Shown: positions 28,915 through 42,186 of the stretch, piece by piece
How positions within the stretch are numbered: the first letter of the stretch is position 1
Layout: every line of letters begins with the position of its first letter
Assembly: GCA_965214705.1 (NCBI GenBank)
Contig: OZ243972.1
Span: forward strand, 448,001 to 512,000
DNA from: Alphaproteobacteria bacterium
GTDB lineage: Bacteria; Pseudomonadota; Alphaproteobacteria; UBA828
Direction of reading: 5' to 3'
DNA length: 64,000 nt
The notes under the pieces: generated by a model
Databases searched by the model: none
What the model was told of the DNA's origin: nothing
What the model saw: only the letters and a program-made list of their open reading frames with translations
Position numbers and translations under genes: made by a program

Positions 28915-30347
28915 CCCATGCCAGTGTTGCAGCCTTGTGCCCAGCCCTCCATCGCTCTGTCGGACTTGCCCGATCCCGCTGCTGAGGCGGTGAGCCGGGT
29001 GCTCGCGCTGTTTGACGAACACGTCGGATCCGGTGTGGGTCCCGACGACTTCGAGGCGGCCGAGCGGGATGCACTCAGTGCCATGAAGGAGGTCTGCTGC
29101 CTGCTGCTGCGCAGCGTCATCGAGAGCCGCGATGACGGCGCCGCGCGGATGGAGCGGGACGGGCAGGTCTGGTACCGGGTGGAGGAGACCGCCAAGACGG
29201 TGATGACGTCTGTGGGCGCGGTCGAGTATCTGCGCCCGCGCTACCGTCGGGACGGCATGTCGGCTTCGATCGTTCCGGTAGACGAGAGCCTGGGTCTTGT
29301 GAACGGCTGTCTGACCCGGACGGCGGCGCATCTCGGCGCTTGGCTGATGGGTCATTGCCCGGCCCGCGAAGCGGAGGCCTTTTTCCGGAAGATGGGGACC
29401 ATGACCCCGTCGGCGAGCACCCTGCAGCGCCTGGTCAAGGCGGTGCACGGGAACTGGGAGACAATCAGCGGGACGGCGCTGGACGAGATCCGGGTTGCGG
29501 AGGGCATACCTGCGGCAGCGGTCACGGCGGCGGTCTCGCTTGACGGCATCATGGTGCCGCTGCGAGCAGGCGAGGACGGCCGCGCAGAGGCGGCTTGGCG
29601 CGAGGCGTCCTGTGGCACGGTCTCGTTCCACGACAGCGACGGCGAGCGGCTGCACACACTCTACCTGGGGCGCATGCCGGAAAGCGGCAAGGTCAGCCTC
29701 AAGGCCGAGCTCAAGGCCGACGTTGCCCATCTCCAGGCGTCCCGTCCCGACATCGCAATCGTCGCCATCGCAGACGGCGCCCCCGACAACTGGACCTTCC
29801 TGGAGACCCTCTCGCCCATGGAGGAAGCCGTCGACTTCTGGCACGCTTGCGAACACCTCGCGACGGCGTCTGACCATGCCCTCGCCCACAACTGGTTCGA
29901 GAAGTACCGTGAGATCTTGCGTCATGATCCCGACGGGGTGGAGAAGGTCATCCGCGCCCTGCGCCACCTGCTCGGCAGAGCGACCTCGGGGAAGGCCGAG
30001 ATCGAGCGGGAACTCGCCTTCTTCCGCAAGAACCGGCACCGCATGCGCTACCGCGCGCTGAAGGATCGCAAGATGCCCATCGGCTCGGGCGTCGTCGAGG
30101 CGGCCAACAAAACCCTGGTGACGCAGCGTATGAAGAGGTCTGGCATGCGCTGGCGGATCGCCGGCGGGCAGGCTGTGCTCACCTTCCGCGCGCTCATCAA
30201 GTCGGGACGCTTCGAGCGGGCCTGGGACGCCCTGGTCGCCAACCTCATGGCACCCGCCAATGACAACCGCATCATTCACGATATGGCGCTGGCTGCCTGA
30301 GCAGAATGACCATCAAAACACAGTCCCGCCATACGAGACTTGCTCCC
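28915..30347 (+). mobile_element. ISKra4-type IS, copy 2, left end lost
   Basis: Matches about 1217-2649. Confidence 0.9.
28918..30300 (+). CDS. ISKra4-family transposase (native RBS lost)
   Basis: Identical protein to 1220-2602. Confidence 0.88.
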   Translation: MPVLQPCAQPSIALSDLPDPAAEAVSRVLALFDEHVGSGVGPDDFEAAERDALSAMKEVCCLLLRSVIESRDDGAARMERDGQVWYRVEETAKTVMTSVGAVEYLRPRYRRDGMSASIVPVDESLGLVNGCLTRTAAHLGAWLMGHCPAREAEAFFRKMGTMTPSASTLQRLVKAVHGNWETISGTALDEIRVAEGIPAAAVTAAVSLDGIMVPLRAGEDGRAEAAWREASCGTVSFHDSDGERLHTLYLGRMPESGKVSLKAELKADVAHLQASRPDIAIVAIADGAPDNWTFLETLSPMEEAVDFWHACEHLATASDHALAHNWFEKYREILRHDPDGVEKVIRALRHLLGRATSGKAEIERELAFFRKNRHRMRYRALKDRKMPIGSGVVEAANKTLVTQRMKRSGMRWRIAGGQAVLTFRALIKSGRFERAWDALVANLMAPANDNRIIHDMALAA

Positions 30348-31815
30348 GCTGTGGCGGTCAGATTGTCCTGGAAATCGGGACCGCTCTCTGTTCCTGTCGG
30401 GTTTCGGACAACGTCGACGGAGAGGGCGGCCCCATGTCGCTGGGACAGACACTATCCGGATTCTGGCATCACATTCAAGCGGATCTTTTCCCGTGGCTTG
30501 AGGAGGAGCTCGGGCCGCTCGGCGAGAGGTACCGGCGCTTCGTCACCGTGCTTGAGCTTGCGCGGGTCGAGAGCTTCCTTCCCCATTTCCATGGCCTGCC
30601 CGGCCGGCCGGTCGAGGATCGGGCGGCCTTGGCCCGCGCCTTCATCGCCAAGGCGGTGTTCGACGTACCCACGACGCGCGCCCTGATCGAGCGCCTTGAG
30701 AACGACAAGACGCTACGCCGTCTCTGCGGCTGGACCTATGCCGCAGAGATCCCGAGCGAGGCGACGTTTTCGCGGGCGTTTGCGGAGTTCTCCGAGAGTG
30801 CGTTGCCCGCTCGCGTGCATGAGGCGCTGATCAAGCAGACCCTCGGAGACCATCTGGTCGGGCACGTCTCGCGCGACTCGACGGCGATCGAGGCGCGCGA
30901 GAAGCCTCAGCCCAAGCCCAAGGCGGAGAAGCCGAAGCGCAAGCGCGGCCGACCGCGCAAGGGCGAGGAGCGGCCCAAGGAGGAGCGCCGCGTGAAACGC
31001 CAGCTCACGATGAGCTTGCCCCAGATGCTCGACGACCTGCCGAAAGCCTGCGACGTCGGCACCAAGCGAAACGCCAAGGGCCATACCACATCGTGGATCG
31101 GTTACAAGCTGCACATCGACGCCGCCGATGGCGGCATTCCGATCAGTTGCATCCTGACGTCCGCCTCGCTGCACGACAGCCAGGCCGCGATCCCGCTGGC
31201 GAGTATGACCGCCGACCGCGTCACCAATCTGTACGACCTCATGGACTCAGCCTATGACGCGCCCGAGATCGGCTGGCACAGCTACCTGCTGGGCCACGTC
31301 CCGATCATCGACATCAACCCTCGCGACAAGGAGTACAAGGAGGAGCTGGCGCGCGAGGCCCGGGCGCAGAGAGGCGTCGGTCACCGCCACCCGGCGGACG
31401 AGCGCTACAACGAGCGCTCGAACATTGAGCGCATCAACGGTGGGCTGAAGGACAACTGTGGGGGCCGCCATGTCCGCGTGCGCGGCCATGCCAAGGTTCA
31501 TTGCCACCTGATGTTCGGCATCCTGGTGCTCACGGTCGACCAGCTGATGCGCTTTCTGACCTGAGCCCCGCCTTCGGTCCCGTCCCTGTCGTCCTCGCAC
31601 GTCCCCCTCGACGGGGGCGCAAAGAGCCATGTCCGCATCGCGACGGCGGGTCCAAAATGCGCCCGCATGGGCATCGGTTTGCGGCGAATCGGCGCCCCGG
31701 CGGCAGCCAGCGACGTCCGCTCGTCCCGAAGTTCATGTTACGTTCCGACCGCCAATGTCCTCACGCCGGGCTCCCGGGAAAAGCAGACCGCGCCTGGGAG
31801 TTTTGCAAGTGGCTC
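30348..31815 (+). mobile_element. IS5/IS1182-like element lacking about 40 bp of its left end
   Basis: Right IR ttgcaagtggctc ending 31815; left part matches the fragment at 4425-4614. Confidence 0.85.
30434..31564 (+). CDS. DDE transposase (IS5/IS1182-like)
   Basis: PSEATFSR, SRDSTAI, GYKLH, HDS, MDSAYD, RS.IERING.LK. Confidence 0.9.
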   Translation: MSLGQTLSGFWHHIQADLFPWLEEELGPLGERYRRFVTVLELARVESFLPHFHGLPGRPVEDRAALARAFIAKAVFDVPTTRALIERLENDKTLRRLCGWTYAAEIPSEATFSRAFAEFSESALPARVHEALIKQTLGDHLVGHVSRDSTAIEAREKPQPKPKAEKPKRKRGRPRKGEERPKEERRVKRQLTMSLPQMLDDLPKACDVGTKRNAKGHTTSWIGYKLHIDAADGGIPISCILTSASLHDSQAAIPLASMTADRVTNLYDLMDSAYDAPEIGWHSYLLGHVPIIDINPRDKEYKEELAREARAQRGVGHRHPADERYNERSNIERINGGLKDNCGGRHVRVRGHAKVHCHLMFGILVLTVDQLMRFLT

Positions 31816-32019
31816 TAATAGCGGGTAGTTGGCTTATGGGGCCCCTTGCCCTGCAGTTGCTTGGGCCGGCGCATGGGAAGCGTCACAAGGCCCCGAAAAT
31901 GCTGTCGAATCAGCCCGTGCCGGCGTGGAACAAGCGTACCCCGCTGCTGGCGACAGTCTGGGATGCCTACGTTTCACGAAATGAGCCATAGGGATAGAGA
32001 ACGACATGGGGATGACCGA

Positions 32020-32191
32020 CGCATCGTGGGCCCTTGGGGAGAGCCTTCCGATGATCGCGCGGCTGTTGGGCCACGCAGAGGTGCAGACGACGGCGCGGTA
32101 CGCTCACCTGACGCGGGAGGCGATGAACGCGTCTGCGGCGCGGATCGCGGCCAGCATCGGCGAGGATATCCTTCGCAGCGGCGCCCGGCCT

Positions 32192-32203
<12 letters not shown>
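32020..32203 (+). pseudogene. C-terminal fragment of a tyrosine recombinase
   Basis: ALGESLPMIARLLGH.EVQTTARYAHL...IAASIGEDIL, similar to the C-terminus of 21799-22968. Confidence 0.8.
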
Positions 32204-34389
<2,186 letters not shown>

Positions 34390-34393
<4 letters not shown>

Positions 34394-34767
34394 GATGTCC
34401 CGAGCGCGGGAGCGAACAGCAGCTCCCTGAGAAGACCCAGCTGCCGCGCCCGTTCGGCGAGCGCCTTCGGATCCTCGATGCTCAACTCGGGGGCTTCCGA
34501 AGCAGCCTCTTCCTTGTCCCGCAACAGCCGCTCGAACCGGGTGAAATTGTCCTGCATCTCCTCCGCCGTGAACATGCGCCTCAGCCGCGACACGAAACCC
34601 GGCAAAGCCTGCGCGAACTCCGGGCGCTCCGCAGCCGCCTGCGCGAAGCTCACAAGCTTCTCGCCGACGATGTAGTCGAAGGCGGCCTCGACGCCGAAGC
34701 GGTGCATGATGGCCTCGGCGGCCTCGCACTGCTCCATCCAGACGTCCTGCCAGCGCCGCTCGGTCAT
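34390..34767 (-). CDS. Hypothetical 125-aa protein coupled to recD2
   Basis: W.EQCEAA..I..RFGVEAAFDY.VGEKL; GTGA overlap with recD2. Confidence 0.7.
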
Positions 34768-35028
34768 GCGCCCGATTCCCTTTCGACGGTGCCGTCCCAC
34801 GCGGTCCACGGAACGCTGCTTCCGCTTCGGGAGCCAATCGATTCCCCCGCTCATTCTGAGGCGTCGCTGCGCGCCCGGCAACGACCTGCCTCGCGCCGGC
34901 GCCGGCGGCCCGGCTCGGCGCGGCCTATTCGCCGCCGGCACAAGATTGCCCCTTGTTCCCCATGCCGCGCATGCCATGATCGACCGGCGGCCCCACAGGG
35001 GAAATAGCCCACGGCAGGAAGGAGCGCG

Positions 35029-36597
35029 TTGGTGCCGGACGCTCGGCTTCGTTCCCTTCTCAAGCAGCTCGGCAAGGCAGACGGCCCCGACGCCGCGATG
35101 CGCCTGGCGCGGGACCGCAGCACGTTGCTCCTGGGGACACCCGGTTCCGCCTCGGCGCTGATCTCGGGCGGCAAGGCGGACGCGGAAGCGCGGTTGACCC
35201 TGTTCACGCTGCTGCTCGACCAGGCGCGTATGAACGAGGAGAACCGCGGACGGCTGGGCGCCGGCTTTCTGTCGGAGGCGGAAGAGGCGATCGCCGCGCT
35301 GTGCGGGTCCGGCGGCCTGGATCTCGATGCGGGCGTTTCCCTGGCCCGGGCCTACGCCATTGCCGAGCTGGACGTGCCGCAGGCCCTGGTGTCGGCTCTC
35401 ATGACGGGCGCGGGGAGCGCGATCGAGGCGGAAGGGTTGCCGGACGACCTCGATGCACGGATCGACGATCTCCGCCGCGAGGCGGACGGCGACGACTACA
35501 TGCTGCACGGCTTTCTGAACGAGCTGCTGAGCGGGATGCCGCCGCCGTTGCGCCTGGCCTTCGTGCATCAGGTGGCGGGGCGTGACGAGGCGTGGTGCGG
35601 CCCCCTTGCGCTGTATTGGCTGCTGGATCCGGCGCCGGAGGTGCGCCGGGCGGCAGCGGCAGGCATTGGGGAGCGGGCGGAACGGGGCAGCCTCGATGCT
35701 GCGGCCGCCTCGGCTCTGCCGCTGATCCGGACCTGGGTTCCGGCGGACGACGCCCGCGCGGCGTTGGACGCGGCTCTTCGGGGCGCGCGGCGGCACGAGT
35801 TGGCCGGGCCGCTCGAGCGTCCTGCGCTTCGGCCTGCCGGGCTTCTCGGATCGTTGCCGGACGGCTCGGGCAGCCAGAGCTTCGCGGTCTCGCTCGAGGG
35901 CGCGGACGGGCCTGCGGCCGCCCTGGTGCTCTTGAAGATCGGTCATGGGGTGAAGGAGGCCTTCCTGGTTCGGGGGGAGGAGGCGGGAGCCATGCTGTCG
36001 GGCCAGTTGTCTCAGACGTGCAACATGGAACTGGCTATGGAGGCGCTGGAGCCCGCGCTATCGGCGGCACTTGCGGAGTGTCTGTCTGCCGGGAAGCCCG
36101 GTCCGCCGGGCCTGATCGACGTGGTCCGGGCCTGCGGCCTGGGCACGCTGAAGCCGCTGCCGATGACGGCGCAGGACTGGCTCTTGCACGTTGACCCTGC
36201 GGGCGAGATCGCGGGCTTGCGGCCTCGGGAGCGGGCGCGGCTGATCGAGCGGAGCGCCGAGTGGCCGTTCGACCACAGTCTGGTGAAGACCTGGTTCGAG
36301 GGCACGGCAATCGTGGACGAGGCTGTGAAGGAGGGCGGCGGGCGGCGGCAAGCGAATGCGGCATTGTGGGCGGCGCTCGACAGGCGGCGCGGCTACTGGT
36401 CGCTTCTCATTGCGCGAGCGGCACACGTGCTGAATGCCGCGACCGGGGAGGGGGACTGGCGGTCCTTCGCCGCGACGGCGGCAGCGTTGATCGACGGCGC
36501 GGCACTGCAGACGCTCCCGGTCATGGAGCATGTTCTCGACACGAGTCTGGCCGCCTGGCGGGCGGAGGAATACGCCCTGGACGGCAGGGGACGCTGA
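35029..36597 (+). CDS. Hypothetical 522-aa protein, paralogue of 15429-17021
   Basis: Collinear similarity across the full length. Confidence 0.85.
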   Translation: MVPDARLRSLLKQLGKADGPDAAMRLARDRSTLLLGTPGSASALISGGKADAEARLTLFTLLLDQARMNEENRGRLGAGFLSEAEEAIAALCGSGGLDLDAGVSLARAYAIAELDVPQALVSALMTGAGSAIEAEGLPDDLDARIDDLRREADGDDYMLHGFLNELLSGMPPPLRLAFVHQVAGRDEAWCGPLALYWLLDPAPEVRRAAAAGIGERAERGSLDAAAASALPLIRTWVPADDARAALDAALRGARRHELAGPLERPALRPAGLLGSLPDGSGSQSFAVSLEGADGPAAALVLLKIGHGVKEAFLVRGEEAGAMLSGQLSQTCNMELAMEALEPALSAALAECLSAGKPGPPGLIDVVRACGLGTLKPLPMTAQDWLLHVDPAGEIAGLRPRERARLIERSAEWPFDHSLVKTWFEGTAIVDEAVKEGGGRRQANAALWAALDRRRGYWSLLIARAAHVLNAATGEGDWRSFAATAAALIDGAALQTLPVMEHVLDTSLAAWRAEEYALDGRGR

Positions 36598-36649
36598 CCG
36601 GAGCGGGCGGTCCGTCGGCGCGTGGCGAGGCCTCGGTTCTTTTCCCGAT

Positions 36650-37585
36650 GCCGGCCGGGCGCGTAGTTCGCGCGGGACGATCGCACGCGGCCTTGGCCTG
36701 CCGGAAGCGGCACGCCACGAGGCGGCGGCGTGGCTCGACCGCGACCGGGGCTGGAAGGAGGACCTCGCGTCGGCGCCGAAGCTCACCGCGCCGCAGGATC
36801 GGGATGTCGACATGGCCAGCCTCACCGAGGCTCTCCCCGAGACCCTTCGCGAAGCCGCGCTGCTAGCCGTCGTGAGGTCGGTCATCGGGCAGGAAACCGC
36901 CCGGCTCGCCCGCTCGCCGGCGCCGGAGCAATGGATGGCGTGGACCGGCGATGAGCCGCTGGTCGCGGGCGACCGCATCGCCTGGCGCGCAGGAGAGACG
37001 GCGCAGCAGGCGGCGGTGGTATTCCCGGGGGAGACGGGCGGCATGCGCGCGAGCGACACGCTGCTGGTGAAGACCGTGCCGGCGGCGGCCGGCGCCGCTC
37101 CCGGCGCCGCAGGCCGGACGGTCGAGATCGGCGCTCAGGCTCTGCATGACGTCAAGTGCGCCCGCGCCGAATGGTCCGGCGAGGGGCTGAGGCAACTGGA
37201 GGCCGCCCGGCAGTACTCCGTACCCAGCGCCGCCTGCCCGCTCGCCTGTCCCGCGCCCGTCCCGGGCGACCGCATCTCCTGGACCGAGGCCGCCGGGCGG
37301 GGCGAAGAGATGCGGACGATCGAGGTCGTGGCGACCGCGCGGACCGGGACCGCCGACGGGCACGAACTCGCGCTCCGGGTGATCCGCGCCTCGGGCCCCG
37401 GCACGCCGGAGCCGGGCGCCTCGATCCTGCGGACCAAAGAGGAGGTCACCGCGCGCGGCTGCTTCCGCGCCGCGTGGTCCGACGAGGCCCGGCGCGCGGC
37501 CGAACCCGACCCGCCGAAGCAGGTCCATGAGCAGACCATGAAGCACAGTGTCGGCCCCTCCTGCGGCGGAGGCATCGGCCTATGA
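36650..37585 (+). pseudogene. Probable C-terminal fragment of a large mobilisation/relaxase-type protein
   Basis: No clear start; two VxGDRIxW repeats; ends GGGIGL; lies beside RHH-like genes. The assignment is tentative. Confidence 0.4.
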
Positions 37586-37650
37586 GGTTCGGCAACCGGG
37601 GCCGGCGCCTCGCCCTCCGGGGACGCGTCCGGGGACGAGCGCAGCGCCGC

Positions 37651-38094
37651 TCAACGGAGCAGCGGCGGCTCGGCGGCCATCCACTCCCGGAACTGCCGCT
37701 CCACCGCCGGCCCGTCTTTGGGGCCGAACATCGCCACCAGCAGCGGTCCGAGCTCGTGCTCCCGGCCCTGCCGGACGAGGTCGTGCAACGTCGTCATGAG
37801 CAGCAGCTCGACCGACTGCCGCAGCCGTTCGATCGAGCCGCCCGAGGCTGCCGGCAGCATGCCCTCGGCCAGGCGGTCCACCCGGTCGAGAAGCCGGCGC
37901 TGTTCCGCCTAGCTCAGCGCCAGGGCCGGCGCTTCCGTCTGCGTGGGGTCGAGTTCCTCATTCAGCCCGGCGGAGATCATGTGATCGTTGATCGAGACGT
38001 CCCGGCTCTCCGCGACCTCGCGGATCCGTTCCCACTCGGACTCCAGGCACGAGATCGCAATCCGCGCCCGGGGCGCTGCGCTGCGCTCCGCCAT
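37651..38094 (-). pseudogene. RHH/MobC-like gene with an internal stop at 37909
   Basis: IAISCLESEWERIREVAESRDVSIND; the same frame continues past the TAG to 37651. Confidence 0.55.
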
Positions 38095-38394
38095 CACGTG
38101 CCCTCCGCGCGCGACTGTAGCGCGCGCTGCATGAAGGCGATCGCCCCGAACACGGAGAGGCCGGTTCCCGAAAGCGACTCGCCCAGCGCGCGGCGCACCC
38201 GGTCCATCTCCTCCACCCGCTGGTACAGGGTCCGCTGCCGGTCTTCCGACAGCACCAGCCGGGGCTCGTCCCGCCCGCGTCTTCGTGCAGCGCGCAGGCA
38301 ACCAGGTATCCCGAGACCGCGCCTTCGCGCGCTCCCTGATCTCGGCCCTCTCCGCCCGGCTGCAGCGCAGCGTGCGGCGCACTGTACCTGCCAT
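38094..38394 (-). pseudogene. Frameshifted RHH/MobC-like gene
   Basis: RRTLRCSRAERAEIRERAKA; an alternative frame gives PRLVLSEDRQRTLYQRV. Confidence 0.45.
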
Positions 38395-38397
38395 CGC

Positions 38398-38694
38398 TCA
38401 GGGCTGCGGCGCGGGGCCGCCCTCGGGGCAGGCGCTGCCGGAGACCGCGCGCCAGCGCTCCTCCAGCCCCATGTCGGCCATGCGCTGTTGCTCGATCGTG
38501 GCGAGCAGCAGAAGCTCGCGCACCGCGCGGCGCAGAACGCTATCCGGCAGCGGGTCCGGCGCGCTCGCCCTGTGCACGACGTAGCGCGAGAGATCCATGC
38601 CTGCGTCGGCCGCGAGTTCGCGGATTCGCACCCACCCGCTCGCCGTGGCCATCACCGCGTGCTGCGCGCGGCGCTCCGCCGGCCGGCGGCTCAT
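38398..38694 (-). CDS. RHH/MobC-like small protein
   Basis: VMATASGWVRIRELAADAGMDLSRYVV. Confidence 0.55.
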   Translation of the reverse strand: MSRRPAERRAQHAVMATASGWVRIRELAADAGMDLSRYVVHRASAPDPLPDSVLRRAVRELLLLATIEQQRMADMGLEERWRAVSGSACPEGGPAPQP

Positions 38695-39311
38695 GAGCGC
38701 GCCCCGGGGACAGTGCAATACTGCGTGACAAACCTCGAAGGCCCCGCGTTCGTGCCGCAAACACCTGCATAACACCATATAAAACAGTTACGGATTGCCC
38801 ATCCGCATACGTCACGGGCATCCACCGCCTTACCCCCTCTACAAGCGCGAATATCCATCGTGTGTTTCTGCGCAACGACAGACTCACCACTCCTGACATA
38901 CGCCTTCACTTCCCAGATTGCAACTGATCGGTTCGACGCGTAAAATTTTATATCAGATAAAAGCCGCCACAATCCTCTTGCGAAACGACCCAATCACCTG
39001 TAATGTAATGCATATACAGGAGAGAAAACGACCCACTCCACTACCTGACGCACTCCAGCAATATCGAACTCAGGACCACACCTTAACTCAGCCGCCAGGC
39101 TGTCCGACGAACCGAGGCCACCTCAGTTCTCGTCGCGACGCAGGCGCCGAAATGCACCCGCAACGCTCATGCTTCGTGGAAAAGTACCCCGCCCGCGGCG
39201 CTCATGCGCGAGTCGACATGCACGCTCGCCCGATAGTTCACGCTATATTCGTGCCGTGCCCCTCCTCCTTTCCACCCCAGCCTCCCAACACAAACAGCCC
39301 GCGCACAGGAC

Positions 39312-39325
39312 TTTGCAAGGGGCTC
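39312..39325 (+). mobile_element. Solitary IS5/IS1182-like terminal repeat
   Basis: tttgcaaggggctc, compare tttgcaagtggctc (31815) and tttgcaagaggctc (41689). Confidence 0.6.
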
Positions 39326-40190
39326 TCTTGAACACTGAAAGAAGTGATCGTGCATAGACGGCCGCTCAGATGCTTGAGTACAATGCTTGATAGCGCTGTG
39401 ACATTCGTTCCGCCGAGTACTCCTCTATGGTTCGTTTCCTGATTTGGTCCCTCGGCAGATTCACGATAGTTGCCAAATAGTCCGTCAATCTACTTGCAAC
39501 TGCATCGGGGGAATCGGGCAAGGAGAAAATCTCTACGCTTCCAGAGGGCATTTCATCCTTCAATTCGAGATGCGGCCCTATGTCGGAAAGCACACAAGGA
39601 AGCCCCATTGAAAGCGCCTCCAATACGGAATTCGGCAATCCTTCTCCTAAGGACGCACTCATGAAGAAATCGGAGTCGCACAAATACTTTTGCACATCAT
39701 CTTTGCGCTGATGCCCGACAAAGGATATTCTGCTGCCCTCATAACCTGCAAGATCACTGTATTCCGGCCCGTCCCCAACAACGGTCAGTCGTGCAACGCC
39801 GTTATCCAGTCTCTTGAAAACCTCGCATAAATACCGAACATTCTTCCGAGGAATCAGTCGACTTACCGTCACACCCTTGAAGTACACCATTTCCTTTGTG
39901 CGCACACTGACGATGTCCCGGGACATTTCCACTCCATTCGGTATTGCCAGAGCGTCCTTCATAGCGTAGCGTTGTTCATATTCAGCTTTCATCGAATTTG
40001 AACAGCATACTACGTTATCGCATTTTTTCAAAGCCCTTACATGGCTTCTTGCCATGTATGTCCCAAGATACCTCCCGAACTCCAGGGGATAATCTATATC
40101 GGGTATGTTTCGGCACGTTGCAATCCAAGCGGTAGACCGATTCAATTTCGATACGAGAGAGTCGCTTCGCCAACCGGAGCTATGTATCAG

Positions 40191-41689
40191 GAGCCGCTTG
40201 CAAAACTCTGATCGACTCGGAGCGGCGCAAGAACACCCAAGCTAGCAGCGACGTCGGCGCACGGCAATTGGCGCGATTTTGATCGCGACCATGGTCGGAT
40301 CAGCGTTGGCGCTGCCTCCGATTCGGTATTTTCGCCGAACTCCAGGCGCGTTTGGCCGCTCCGCCTCTCAGGAAGTGCGGCTGCGGTGATGGCGAAGGAG
40401 AGGAGCCGGACTAGATCGGCGGAACGATAAGGCGCATCAGCTGGCTGGCCGTCAGCACGGTCATGCCGAACATGAGGTGGGCGAGAACCTTGTCGTACCC
40501 GCGCACGCGGACATGGCGGCCGCCGAACTCATCCTTGAGCCGCCCATTGATCCGCTCGGACCCCGAGCGCACGACGTAACGACGCTCCTCGGGAAAGACG
40601 AGGCCGAGCGTGCGCCGCGCCTTCTTCTCCTGCTTCAACGCCTCTTGCATTTCGACCGAGCGGCGGGGGTTCACGTCGATGATCGGCTTGTGGCCCAGCA
40701 AGATGCTGTGCGCCCAGATCTCGATGGAATCATAGGCCGCGTCCATAAGGTCGTAGAGGTTCTCGACCCGCCCGGCCGTCAGGGTTCCCAACGGAATCGC
40801 CACCTGGGAGTCATGCGTCGACGCAGACGTCATGATGCAGCTGATGGGGATCCCGCCATCGGCGGTATCGACGTGCAGCTTGTACCCGATCCAGGAGGTG
40901 GTATGGCCCTTGGCGTTGCGCTTGCTGCCGACATCGCAGGCCCTCGGCAGGTCTGCCAGCATCTGCGGAAGGCTCATCGTCAGTTGCCGTTCCAGCCGGC
41001 TCGGCTCCTTCGCCCGCGCCTCTCCCTTGCGTGGCCGCCCCCGCTTGCGCCGCTTCGGCTTCGCTGCCTTCGGCTTCGGCTTCTCCCGCGCCTCGATCGC
41101 CGTCGCATCCCGCGAGATGTGCTCGACAAGATGGCCATCCATCGTCCGCGCAATCAACGTCTCATGCAGACGGTTCGCAAGACGGCTCTCGGCAAACTCG
41201 GAAAAGGCCCGCGAAAACGTCGCCTCGCTCGGAAGCCGGCCGGCACCGCTCCAGCCGCACAGCCGGCATAGCCTGCCGTCAACCTCAAGACGCTCGATCA
41301 GGCCGCGCGTCGTCGGAACGTCGAACACGGCCTTGGCGATGAAGGCGCGCGCCAGCGCCGCGCGGTCCTCCTCCGGCCGCCCTACCTGGCCGCGGAAGTA
41401 GGGCAGAAGAGCCTCGACCCGCACCAGTTCCAGAACCGCGACGAACAGCTCGTAGCGCTCGCCCATCGGGCCAAGCTCGCTCTCGAGCCTCGGGAATAAC
41501 TCTTGTTGAAAGGCGTACCAGTAATCCGATAGCATCTCGCGCAGGGACACGGCTCCACTCCTCCGTGGTCATCATGCGGTGTTTTGCGCTAGCGCAGCAC
41601 ATGATACTCACGAGGGTGGGCCGGTCCCACCGCAAAGGCCTTCACTCAGGCAGAAGAGCAACTCGACTCAGCTATTTTGCAAGAGGCTC
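40191..41689 (-). mobile_element. IS5/IS1182-like element, complete
   Basis: IR gagccgcttgcaaaa / ttttgcaagaggctc; 4-bp TSD tcag. Confidence 0.92.
40411..41550 (-). CDS. DDE transposase, homologue of 30434-31564
   Basis: Same motifs (SRDATAIE, GYKLH, MDAAYD). Confidence 0.9.
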   Translation of the reverse strand: MSLREMLSDYWYAFQQELFPRLESELGPMGERYELFVAVLELVRVEALLPYFRGQVGRPEEDRAALARAFIAKAVFDVPTTRGLIERLEVDGRLCRLCGWSGAGRLPSEATFSRAFSEFAESRLANRLHETLIARTMDGHLVEHISRDATAIEAREKPKPKAAKPKRRKRGRPRKGEARAKEPSRLERQLTMSLPQMLADLPRACDVGSKRNAKGHTTSWIGYKLHVDTADGGIPISCIMTSASTHDSQVAIPLGTLTAGRVENLYDLMDAAYDSIEIWAHSILLGHKPIIDVNPRRSVEMQEALKQEKKARRTLGLVFPEERRYVVRSGSERINGRLKDEFGGRHVRVRGYDKVLAHLMFGMTVLTASQLMRLIVPPI

Positions 41690-42186
41690 TCAGGTCTGGC
41701 TGGACTAATGAAATTACGTCTCGAAAGCGTTTCATCAGGAGGAATAGACCGAGCCTTCTACTCAGATTAATCGGGTATACCTTAACTGGTAGACGTTTAA
41801 CTTGACCAACGAGAGAGTCATCGTTCCTTTCAGGAGAAAGAGTTATTATGGACACGTCAAATTTTGCATAATCGATATACCGCAAGATATTTGCCAGCTG
41901 AATGGATGGACCGCATCTCCTAAGTGTCGATGTGACATAGGCAACTTTGATTTTTCTGAGAGTATTGGAACGGGCTGTCATGGGCCTTACTGTCCGTTCT
42001 ATGGTATAAGTGGCAATTCCGGCTGCTGGGTGGGGATTGTCTGTCGCGCTGCGGCGCGGAACGAGCGAAGCTGATTTGAGCGGCCACGCATGGCGAACCT
42101 GACACACCCTGACAGACTCCACAATCCGGCCTGGGACTTGTGCGGCATTTGTCGCGGGCAGTGACCCGGCCCATGGAGAGCGCGGC

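Larger units (their letters stand above)
39366..41981 (-). pseudogene. Low-GC GT4 glycosyltransferase interrupted by an IS
   Basis: N-terminal KVAYVTSTL..CGP; the frame rejoins as QPDL|IHSSGWRSD; EGLPNSVLEALSMGLP. Confidence 0.9.

Noticed and set aside
30260-30433. 434-aa version of the IS5-like transposase
   Set aside because: The extension reads through the ISKra4 end; homologues in the window start at 30434.
34394-35946. N-terminal extensions of recD2 (881 aa) and the 518-aa ORF 34390-35946
   Set aside because: They overlap better-supported genes; RecD2 similarity starts near 34393.
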